Positions 34,388 to 42,854 of a stretch of 44,750 nt of DNA are shown here, in pieces; positions within the stretch are counted from its first letter, which is position 1, and each line of letters opens with the position of its first letter. A program made the translations under genes and the position numbers. The notes beneath the pieces were generated by a model that was not told the DNA's origin, ran no database searches, and saw nothing but the letters and a program-made list of their open reading frames with translations. The stretch comes from Candidatus Pacearchaeota archaeon (GTDB lineage: Archaea > Nanobdellota > Nanobdellia > Pacearchaeales > GW2011-AR1), in contig JAGVXM010000035.1 of assembly GCA_018303785.1 (NCBI GenBank), positions 1-44,750 on the forward strand, read 5' to 3'.

Positions 34388-37300
34388 TTAGATGTCAACA
34401 TCCGCAATATTTGCATTTACTTCAATAAATTTCCTTCGAGGACCAACAATATCTCCCATGAGCATTGAAAAAGTTTCATCTGCTAATACGGCGTCCTCAA
34501 TAGTTACTTTTTTCAAAATTCTTTTTGCTGGATCCATCGTAGTATCCCATAACTGCTGCGGATTCATTTCAGATAATCCTTTGAAACGTGTAACCTCCGC
34601 ATCACCAATCTTCTCCAATAACTTCTTCAATTCTTCGTCGCTGTAAACATAATAATCAGTTCGTTTTCTCACTCGATATAATGGAGGGAATGCAATGAAA
34701 ACGTTTCCATTTTCAATTAATCCAGGGACATATCTAAAAAAGAATGTTAACAAAAGAGTAGTAATGTGTTGTCCATCAACGTCTGCATCACTTAAAATTA
34801 TAACTTTATTATATCGTAATTTAGTTAAATCAAAATTTTCCTTTACTCCAGTGCCAACAGCAGTAATCAAATTTAAAATTTCTTCTGAAGATAATGTTTT
34901 AGTGGGGCTGGATTTTTCAACATTAAGAACCTTGCCTTTCAACGGCAGTATAGCCTGAAACTCTTTGTCTCGCGCAAGCTTTGCACTATTATGCACAAAT
35001 ACTCCAGAAGCTAAAGCAAAATTATGAGTCCCAGGAACTTCAATATCATAAACTTCAATTCTCTCATTCAATGTTTCAATTCTTTTTATCTTATGATTCC
35101 ATTTAGCTACTGCTTCTATCATTTTCTCTTTATTATTGTCAAAAAATCTTTCACAAAATGTTTTCAAAGTTAAAACAGATTTATCATTGTTTTCTATTCT
35201 TACCTTATCAAAATTAATTAAATTTCCTTTTTCATCATAAGTCTTCTTCATCAAAGATATAGTTTTGGTATAATAAGTTTTATCGTATGCTATTTTTCTT
35301 TTATCTCTAAATTCTGGAGTCCATTGTTCCCTAGTTTTTTGTCTTCTCCAAATTATCAAAGCTTCATCTTTCCATTGTTCTTTTGATAGATTAGATAAGT
35401 GTTCTTTAGCGTCTGGGTTTTCGGCAAAGAATTTCTTAACTTTCTCAGATGCTTTATTTCTATTTTCAGGATTACTCCAATATTCTTTTTGAGTTTCATT
35501 CAACTGTTCATTATTTTTATTCCTATAATCTTCATTAGAATTATAGAATTCAAAGAATTTTTCTCCCATAAATTCTTTATAATCCTCATCTTTCCATTGT
35601 TCTTTTGCTCTTTCACTTAACATCTTATTTACTTCAGGTTGCTTTGCCCAGTTACTCATTTTAGCTCTATATTCGGGTTTTTTATGAGCTAAAGCTGCTT
35701 TTTCCTTAACATCTTGTCTATGAAGAGTCTTTTCCAAATGTTCTGTATGAAGAAGTAAATGTTGTTCCTTTGTTAATCTAATAATGTTTGTAGGATTATT
35801 ATTTAATTTATTAAAATCAATATGGTGTTTGTGATCTCCTTGATCAATAGAATAAATATTATTACACAAATTATAATCATCTGAAAGCATGTGAGTAAAT
35901 TTCCATTTCTTAATTGGATCTAAAACCATTTCGTAACCATCTATAGTTATTCTTCCTCCCATTTTAGACAATTTTCTATGTAAAGGCATCAAAGAGTCAC
36001 TAATAGTCAAATCCTTTGCTTCTTTATACTCGCCGTTTCTTAACATAAACTTATGATCTGGTGTGCAAGTAATTTCTTCATCATTATCTAGAATTAATTT
36101 TATAACTTCAGCATTTTGCTTAGTTATTCTAGGATGTTTTATTTCTTCAATACCAATATTTCCATTTTCTTTTACAGTATAACAAAAATTCCTTTTTCCA
36201 TTCTTATTTTCTTCAACTAATTGTTTGAAAGAAACGTTTCTTCCGTCAGCTAAAGCAACCTCAGTATCTCCATCAAAACAACCACCAGCACTATCTCCCT
36301 CGACAATATACAATTCTGTTTTCTCAAATTTTTTACTCGAACAATCCGCTAATTTTCCCGGCAGCCCGGAAAATCCAATTATATTTTTTCTTCGAACAAG
36401 ATCACGAGCCTTTTTTGCAGCTGCTCGAGCTTTTGCAGACATTACAACTTTTTGTGCAATTTTATTAGATATCGTCGGATTTTCTTCCAAAAATTCTGTT
36501 AAAGCGATATAAACCATAGAATCAACAATTCCTTTCATTTCTGAATTACCTAACTTTGTTTTGGTCTGGCCTTCAAATTGAGGATCTCGCATTTTTACAT
36601 TAATAATTGCAGTTAATCCTTCACGCGTATCATCTCCAGTTAATTTCTCATCTTTTTCCTTCAACATTCCTTTTTTCGTCACAAAATCATTAATTGCTCG
36701 AGTCAATGCAGTTTTAAATCCAGAAACGTGAGTTCCACCCTCAGTAGTATTAATTGTATTTACGAAACCGAAAATATTCTCGTTGTATCCGTCACTATAT
36801 TGAATAGCAACTTCTATAGTATTCACCTCATCTTTTTTCATGAAATACACTGGCTTATGTAATACCGGTTTCGATTTGTTAATATATTCAATAAATTCCT
36901 TTAAACCGCCGGTATAATGAAATATCTCTTCTTTATTCTGTCGCTCATCGCGCAAAATTAATTTAACAGTATTCAAAAAAGCAATTTCCTGAAGTCGTTT
37001 TCGTAGAACTGCAAAATCAAATTCAGTCGTAGAAAAAATCTGCTCATCAGGATAAAAAATTATTTCAGTCCCGGTTTCATCTTTCCCGCATTTATCAATA
37101 ATTTTAAGTGGATATTTAGAGTGACCAATTTCATACTCTTGTTGATACACGTTTCCCCCACGTTTAATTTTAGCAATTAATTTTTTAGATAAAGCATTAA
37201 CTACACTAACACCAACACCATGTAAACCTCCAGAAATCTGATAAGCATCTTTTTCAAATTTTCCTCCAGCATGGAGTTTAGTAAGAGCTACTTCAGCCGC

Positions 37301-37567
37301 AGAAATCTTGTAAACCGGATGAATATCAGTAGGAATGCCTCTTCCATTATCAATGACACTTACCGAACCATCTTTCTGAATCGTAATAATAACCGTATCA
37401 CAAAAACCTGCCATTGCCTCATCAATAGAATTATCAACTATTTCATAAACCAAATGGTGCAAACCATCTTTTCCAGTTCCACCTATATACATTGCAGGCC
37501 TTTTACGAACACCTTCTAACCCTTCTAATACCTTTATATCTTCTGCTCCATATTTTTTCTCAGTCAT
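34388..37567 (-). CDS. gyrB: DNA gyrase subunit B precursor containing a 431-aa intein
   Basis: 1059 aa. GHKL ATPase (HHLVYEIVDNSIDEA, GGLHGVG). Toprim EGDSAGG | intein | SAKLARDKEFQAILPLKGK. SDADVDGQHI. The extein total of 628 aa is a normal GyrB length. Confidence 0.95.
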   Translation of the reverse strand: MTEKKYGAEDIKVLEGLEGVRKRPAMYIGGTGKDGLHHLVYEIVDNSIDEAMAGFCDTVIITIQKDGSVSVIDNGRGIPTDIHPVYKISAAEVALTKLHAGGKFEKDAYQISGGLHGVGVSVVNALSKKLIAKIKRGGNVYQQEYEIGHSKYPLKIIDKCGKDETGTEIIFYPDEQIFSTTEFDFAVLRKRLQEIAFLNTVKLILRDERQNKEEIFHYTGGLKEFIEYINKSKPVLHKPVYFMKKDEVNTIEVAIQYSDGYNENIFGFVNTINTTEGGTHVSGFKTALTRAINDFVTKKGMLKEKDEKLTGDDTREGLTAIINVKMRDPQFEGQTKTKLGNSEMKGIVDSMVYIALTEFLEENPTISNKIAQKVVMSAKARAAAKKARDLVRRKNIIGFSGLPGKLADCSSKKFEKTELYIVEGDSAGGCFDGDTEVALADGRNVSFKQLVEENKNGKRNFCYTVKENGNIGIEEIKHPRITKQNAEVIKLILDNDEEITCTPDHKFMLRNGEYKEAKDLTISDSLMPLHRKLSKMGGRITIDGYEMVLDPIKKWKFTHMLSDDYNLCNNIYSIDQGDHKHHIDFNKLNNNPTNIIRLTKEQHLLLHTEHLEKTLHRQDVKEKAALAHKKPEYRAKMSNWAKQPEVNKMLSERAKEQWKDEDYKEFMGEKFFEFYNSNEDYRNKNNEQLNETQKEYWSNPENRNKASEKVKKFFAENPDAKEHLSNLSKEQWKDEALIIWRRQKTREQWTPEFRDKRKIAYDKTYYTKTISLMKKTYDEKGNLINFDKVRIENNDKSVLTLKTFCERFFDNNKEKMIEAVAKWNHKIKRIETLNERIEVYDIEVPGTHNFALASGVFVHNSAKLARDKEFQAILPLKGKVLNVEKSSPTKTLSSEEILNLITAVGTGVKENFDLTKLRYNKVIILSDADVDGQHITTLLLTFFFRYVPGLIENGNVFIAFPPLYRVRKRTDYYVYSDEELKKLLEKIGDAEVTRFKGLSEMNPQQLWDTTMDPAKRILKKVTIEDAVLADETFSMLMGDIVGPRRKFIEVNANIADVDI
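34988..36280 (-). mobile_element. GyrB intein (class 1; Cys1 … His-Asn / Ser+1) carrying an HNH-type endonuclease and a repeat array
   Basis: N-terminal CFDGDTEVAL. Block B TCTPDH (TxxH). C-terminal VYDIEVPGTHNFALASGVFVHN followed by S. 1293 nt, in frame (precursor residues 430-860). HNH motif DQGDHKHHIDFNKLNNNPTNIIRLTKEQHLLLH at 35747-35845. Confidence 0.88.
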
Positions 37568-37748
37568 CGTAATTAAGTCAGAGTCCTCTAACTATATGCA
37601 TATTTTGATTAATTTTCAGTTAGAAACTGACTACCTTTTCAAAAAACTGAGGACAATTTAGTTTAAAAATCTTTCTTTTGCATTTTTGACTTTATCGACG
37701 ATAAATATACTGCTTTTTTTGAATGAACTTTTATTTTATACAAAAATG

Positions 37749-37756
37749 TTTATAAG
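37749..37756 (+). promoter_or_regulatory. TATA box for 37778..38053
   Basis: TTTATAAG is centred 25.5 nt upstream of the ATG at 37778. Confidence 0.45.
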
Positions 37757-37777
37757 ATACGATGGAGTTATTTCAAA

Positions 37778-38053
37778 ATGAATAGACTAATAGTAATAGG
37801 ACTAATAATTATGTTATTCCTGATAACTGGCTTATTTCTCCTTTTAAATTATGCAGGTACTTTAACTGGAAAAGCAATTTCATCAGAATACGCAGTTACA
37901 AAGGCTATCTGCAATGAAACTAATTTTTGTCAAGATTACATTATCACATGTGAAAATAGTTCAGTAATTTCCTTAGAACCAATAACAGGAGCAGTTATCC
38001 AGCATGAAAAAGATTGGAAAGATCTGAGAAAAAATAAAGATTTATGTGGATAA
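37778..38053 (+). CDS. Small membrane-anchored Cys-containing protein, hypothetical
   Basis: 91 aa. N-terminal TM LIVIGLIIMLFLITGLFLLL. Four Cys in the ectodomain. Confidence 0.5.
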   Translation: MNRLIVIGLIIMLFLITGLFLLLNYAGTLTGKAISSEYAVTKAICNETNFCQDYIITCENSSVISLEPITGAVIQHEKDWKDLRKNKDLCG

Positions 38054-38054
38054 A

Positions 38055-38062
38055 ATTTAAAA
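38055..38062 (+). promoter_or_regulatory. TATA box for the 1135-aa surface protein gene
   Basis: ATTTAAAA is centred 26.5 nt upstream of the ATG at 38085. Confidence 0.45.
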
Positions 38063-38084
38063 CACCGTAAGTATATACGTATAG

Positions 38085-41000
38085 ATGAAAAAAGAGGCAT
38101 TCCATATCCTAGTTATAGCTGAAATATTACTAGTCACTTTCATTATTATTTTGTTTTTAAATTTTGATGGATTAATTACCGGTTACGCTATTTATCAAAC
38201 AGTGAATGAGGCTTCAGTTAACGACACCTATATTAGAGAAAGTACTCCAACAACAAATTATGGGACAGCATCAACTCTATTTGTCGGAAATATTTCAGCA
38301 GGAACCCAATATCGTTCATTCATCCGCGATTTTAATATAACAAGCATCGGAAATACAAATACAGTTACCGACGCAAAATTACAGGTATATGTGAACGCAC
38401 CGGCAATAGACAATATTACAGTAAAAGTTTATCGAGTCACTTCAGATTGGATTGAATCAGAAGCAACATGGAATAATAAAAGCGCTGCATCAATTTGGAC
38501 TTCATCAGGAGGAGAGTACAATTCCAATGAATTAGATTCAATAATTATTACAAATGCTTCTGCAGGATATTACAATTTTTCCGTCACTGATGCAGCAAGA
38601 GGATGGGTAAATAGCTCGTATTCTAATTACGGAGTTATTTTTATAGCACCAAATACTGCTGCAGGAAATTTTATTTCCATGGACTCAACAAATGGAGGTA
38701 ATGCCTCAACAGATCCTAAATTTTACATTGACTATACAGCAAATGCAATACCAAATATAACCAATGTCTCAACTGATTCTTCATTAACAAGCCCGAAAGA
38801 AATTGGAGAGCAGGTAAATATTACCGTATATTGGACAGATTTAGAAAGCCACTCTTCCAAACTTTTTGTTTGTAATTCAAGTTCAATCAATATTTCAGGA
38901 TGTGAATCAACGCATCTTTGTAACGATACATCACAAACAATTTCTCCATCTTCATGTCAATATACCGTAGATGCTTCAGATAATAGAACCAGAATTTTTT
39001 ATGCAGCGGTTTGCGATTCAACAAATTGTTCGATTGTCAATCAAAGTAATTTTTTCATTAATCATCAGCCAAATGTTACAGTAATTAGTCCCAATGGATC
39101 TGAAACGGTAAATCAATCCCAAGGAAACTTCTCTGTAAAATTCAACGTTACCGATAAAGATGCGGATTTTCTCAACGCAACACTCTACTATGGAACTGCA
39201 CAAAATTCGACGACAAATGTCATTATTGCTAATTTGAATTTAACCCAAAGATGTACCGATGCAGATAGCTCGACTACAACAACTAACAACTGCACATATT
39301 CCTGGAATTCCACGGGCATTTATGGAGCATATTTTTTAACAATTAAAGTTGATGATACCTTTAGCAGAGGCAATGATTCATCAGATGCAAGTTTTAACGT
39401 AAGAAGCTCACAAGATACTGAAGCACCAAATATAACTACACAATGGATAAACGATTCTAATATTTACTCGGGAGAAACAGTAACCATTTATGCAAATGTA
39501 TCTGATGAAAACATAAATAGGGTTTGGGTCATGATAAACTACTCCAATTATTCCTCGAAAATAAATATTACAATGTCCAATTCCTCAATTCAGTATAACG
39601 CCTCATGGCGTGCACATTCCGTCGGAGATTACCAGTTTAAAGTTTTTGCCAATGATACATTTGGAAATGTAAATAATTCTGCACCATGGCAAAATATTTC
39701 AGTGAAAAGAGCGAATGCAACAGCACAAAATGAAACCTTTGCAGCAACAGCATTGCCTTATCACTCAATTAGAATTTCAGGAGTATTAAACGCAACCGAT
39801 GCAATAAGAGATGCATACGCAAATTTAATTGTACCATCTGGTTTTTTATTCGTAGCCAATTATTCTCAAAACACATTAATAGGAAATTTTACCTCAGGCG
39901 AAGCCAAAACAGCGACATGGTTTGTATCAACACCACTAAATGAAACCAACCACACGTTGTTGATAAATTATACAGATTATTATAATAACTCTTTTACCTC
40001 ATCGACCTTTCAGATAAAAGTTACATCAGATGTTGGTGGGGGATATCTTGCAACCGTTACAGGTTATCCCGAAGTTGAAACCTCCACTAAATATTTTACC
40101 GAAGCGACATTCACAAAATCGGGAGTTGTGACTGCAGCAGACAGTGCTTTCGTTTCAATTTACGACGCTGCAGGAACATTAACTGTCGGCCCTGTCTCGA
40201 TGAATAATCCTTCAACAGGATCTTACAATTATTCTTACAATGTCAGCTCATCGGCAACAGAAGGACAATGGGAAACAGTAGTTAATTTAACCAAATCTTC
40301 AACCTCATATTATGCGAGTCATTTTTGGAGAGTTGTTGGAGGTCCGTTCGACTTGCGAAGTATTTCCATAGTTAATGCAGCAGTAGATGCTCTAAATATT
40401 TCAGTAATTGCCGAGAATACTGGAGGAGCAAATAAAGATTTAATCTTAAATTGGAATCTAACCAGAACTGATACGAACGCAGTTTTAGATTCAGGTCAAG
40501 ATACCTTTATGGTTGCAGCAAATACAGAAAGAGTTTGGTCAGTTACACCAACTACCTCGTATGTAGGGCAAGTAAAGATAACTTTTTTGGGATCATATTC
40601 TGGATCAGAAAGAATTGGAGCATTCAAGATTTTTTCAACGACAGCTGCATCAGGTTCAGGGGGAGTAAGCAGCGGCGGCGGTGGAGGTGGAGGTGGAGGA
40701 GGTGCATCTTTGTCACCAATACCATCACAATATGACCTGCAAATAACAGCAGATAAAACAATCTATCTTGCAAGAAATGAAGAAAAAAAAATATCACTTG
40801 GGTTAAAAAACACTGGTCTAAAAACATTAACAAATTTTTCATTTTCAATTGAAAATCTAAACCCAGCATACTATACAATTATTCCTTCATTAACTGATTT
40901 AGATACAAATATTGAAAAAAATATTGACATAATTCTTAACATTAATGATACCTTTGAAGAATTACTGATTAATTTTGTTGTTAAAACAAATGAATTAACA

Positions 41001-41492
41001 AAAAAACAATCAGCTGCTATCATAATGCTTTCATATTTTGAATTTATTCTCGAAGAAATTAAATCCTTAGAAAAAGAAATTATGGACCTTTACAAAGACA
41101 AGCCATCAAAGAAAAACAATATAAATGGCTGTAAAACGATATTAAATACAGTAAAGGAGAATATTCATAATGAATTACTTATTGATGCTAAAGATAACCT
41201 TAAAAAAGTCCGTGAATGTATAGACAATATAAAAGGTGAAGATGATAAAGCTGAAGAGGTGCCATATAAGTTTGATATGATGACTATAATCCTTATTTTT
41301 ATTTTTTTGTTATTGTTAGTTCTAACACTCATAATTGCGGTGGTTGTGTATTTCGTTTATAGAAAATTATCGATAATAAACTATTTGAAATCAAAACCAG
41401 GAATTAAACCTGAAAAATTGCCTGAAGCAGAGATTAGAAAAGACGAATTTGCCGAAAGAATCAAGAGAATAGAGGATAAATTAAAAGAATAA
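38085..41492 (+). CDS. Large cell-surface (S-layer-like) glycoprotein with an N-terminal anchor/signal, a DNRLRE-like domain, Ig-like repeats, a poly-Gly hinge, a C-terminal TM and a short cytoplasmic tail
   Basis: 1135 aa. About 55 N-x-S/T sequons by hand count. VTDAKLQVYVN…VKVYRVTSDWIESEATWNNK resembles DNRLRE-type domains. SGGGGGGGGGGAS tract. C-terminal TM MMTIILIFIFLLLLVLTLIIAVVVYFVY followed by a charged tail. Confidence 0.7.
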   Translation: MKKEAFHILVIAEILLVTFIIILFLNFDGLITGYAIYQTVNEASVNDTYIRESTPTTNYGTASTLFVGNISAGTQYRSFIRDFNITSIGNTNTVTDAKLQVYVNAPAIDNITVKVYRVTSDWIESEATWNNKSAASIWTSSGGEYNSNELDSIIITNASAGYYNFSVTDAARGWVNSSYSNYGVIFIAPNTAAGNFISMDSTNGGNASTDPKFYIDYTANAIPNITNVSTDSSLTSPKEIGEQVNITVYWTDLESHSSKLFVCNSSSINISGCESTHLCNDTSQTISPSSCQYTVDASDNRTRIFYAAVCDSTNCSIVNQSNFFINHQPNVTVISPNGSETVNQSQGNFSVKFNVTDKDADFLNATLYYGTAQNSTTNVIIANLNLTQRCTDADSSTTTTNNCTYSWNSTGIYGAYFLTIKVDDTFSRGNDSSDASFNVRSSQDTEAPNITTQWINDSNIYSGETVTIYANVSDENINRVWVMINYSNYSSKINITMSNSSIQYNASWRAHSVGDYQFKVFANDTFGNVNNSAPWQNISVKRANATAQNETFAATALPYHSIRISGVLNATDAIRDAYANLIVPSGFLFVANYSQNTLIGNFTSGEAKTATWFVSTPLNETNHTLLINYTDYYNNSFTSSTFQIKVTSDVGGGYLATVTGYPEVETSTKYFTEATFTKSGVVTAADSAFVSIYDAAGTLTVGPVSMNNPSTGSYNYSYNVSSSATEGQWETVVNLTKSSTSYYASHFWRVVGGPFDLRSISIVNAAVDALNISVIAENTGGANKDLILNWNLTRTDTNAVLDSGQDTFMVAANTERVWSVTPTTSYVGQVKITFLGSYSGSERIGAFKIFSTTAASGSGGVSSGGGGGGGGGGASLSPIPSQYDLQITADKTIYLARNEEKKISLGLKNTGLKTLTNFSFSIENLNPAYYTIIPSLTDLDTNIEKNIDIILNINDTFEELLINFVVKTNELTKKQSAAIIMLSYFEFILEEIKSLEKEIMDLYKDKPSKKNNINGCKTILNTVKENIHNELLIDAKDNLKKVRECIDNIKGEDDKAEEVPYKFDMMTIILIFIFLLLLVLTLIIAVVVYFVYRKLSIINYLKSKPGIKPEKLPEAEIRKDEFAERIKRIEDKLKE

Positions 41493-41499
41493 ATTAATT

Positions 41500-42816
41500 C
41501 TAAGAATCTTTAGGAACAACATTGCTCTGTTCTAGTTCATTTAATCTTTTTTCAGCTTCAGATAATTCATTGTCCTCTTCTTGAGCTTTCTGTTCTTCTA
41601 AAATTTGATTTGCAACAGACGATTTGAATTCTTTCACTTCATTTGCTTTCTTTACGGGAATTTTCTCCTCAACAATTTTTTCATCGTTTTTAACATCTTC
41701 AGATTTTAAAATGGATTCCTCCAATAGTTCTGATTCCTTAAGTATCTCACGATCTAAATCATCTGGTTTCAGATTTAATTTTTTTCTCAATCGAGTTATT
41801 TCTAAACTCATTTTTTCTACGAGGGATAATAAAGTGTTAAGCCTTTCTTCGTAATCACTAACTTTCTTTATACGATCATCTCCAACACTAACTGCTAATT
41901 TCCCAATATCATCTTCATTGCGCTTAGATATAGCGAGTATAGTTTCAACCATGCTCGTTAAACGTTCATTATCACTTTTTATTTTTTTAATCTCATTATA
42001 AGAATTTTCCAGACCAATAATTTTATTCTCAATGTTTTTCCTAAAATCGGAAAATTCATCTCTTTTGATAATATTACTATAATCTATCTTCAGTTTACTA
42101 ATTTCATTTTGCAGTCCTCCATAAGAAGCATCAAGATTGGCAAAAACTTTGTTTAATTTTTGATTTTCTGCAAAGCCTTTTCGTAATTCAATAAACAATT
42201 GTTCAGACCGGTCAGAATTGACACGAACTCGTGACGCTAATTTTTGCAAATCAATTAAATCTTTTTTTATCTCCTCATTCAATTGAAGTAATGCATCAGT
42301 TCCCATAAACATTTCAGCCTTTTTTCTAAGATCTTTAATTTCACTCATCACCGTATCTGAAAATTGCTCATTAGAAGCTAATTTTCCTTCGAGTAAAACC
42401 AGCCGAGCATCTAATTTTTGATAATCAATACGAATAACTTCAGGCTTCACTTCTTTTACAATATCAAATGCTTTTTCCGCTTCCAAAGAAATTTTAGAAA
42501 TACTTTTCTCATTATTCATTGCCATAGCCCTAATGCCGCCAATGCTTTCGCTCACATAAGAAAATCGTTCATAAAATTGCTTAATCCATTCAGTGATAGA
42601 TTCGATTTTTGCATTCAACTTATTAATTTCAAACTGCGAATTTGCCATAGCCATATCTCCCGCAGGTAAAGAATTAACATTGTTATGATAAAGCATCGGT
42701 GCTGCTATATCACTAACATCTTCTTCATGACTATCTTCAACAGCGGCTTTTTCCTGTTCGAATAACTCTTCCTGTCCGACATCCGGAACACCACTACTTT
42801 TTTTGAATAATCCCAT
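41500..42816 (-). CDS. Long coiled-coil protein, hypothetical
   Basis: The ORF track starts at a TTG (42837). The ATG at 42816 (MGLFKKSSG…) is preceded by AAGGAGA (GGAG = rc of 42820-42823). Heptad-rich and charged throughout. TAG stop. It lies 39 nt downstream of the ATPase gene. Confidence 0.6.
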   Translation of the reverse strand: MGLFKKSSGVPDVGQEELFEQEKAAVEDSHEEDVSDIAAPMLYHNNVNSLPAGDMAMANSQFEINKLNAKIESITEWIKQFYERFSYVSESIGGIRAMAMNNEKSISKISLEAEKAFDIVKEVKPEVIRIDYQKLDARLVLLEGKLASNEQFSDTVMSEIKDLRKKAEMFMGTDALLQLNEEIKKDLIDLQKLASRVRVNSDRSEQLFIELRKGFAENQKLNKVFANLDASYGGLQNEISKLKIDYSNIIKRDEFSDFRKNIENKIIGLENSYNEIKKIKSDNERLTSMVETILAISKRNEDDIGKLAVSVGDDRIKKVSDYEERLNTLLSLVEKMSLEITRLRKKLNLKPDDLDREILKESELLEESILKSEDVKNDEKIVEEKIPVKKANEVKEFKSSVANQILEEQKAQEEDNELSEAEKRLNELEQSNVVPKDS

Positions 42817-42854
42817 ATTCTCCTTAATACTTTTCAATTTTTAAGTGTTTGCGG

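Noticed and set aside
15364-41492. Diversity-generating retroelement targeting the surface proteins
   Set aside because: There is no reverse-transcriptase ORF and no template/variable repeat pair with adenine-specific differences in the window.
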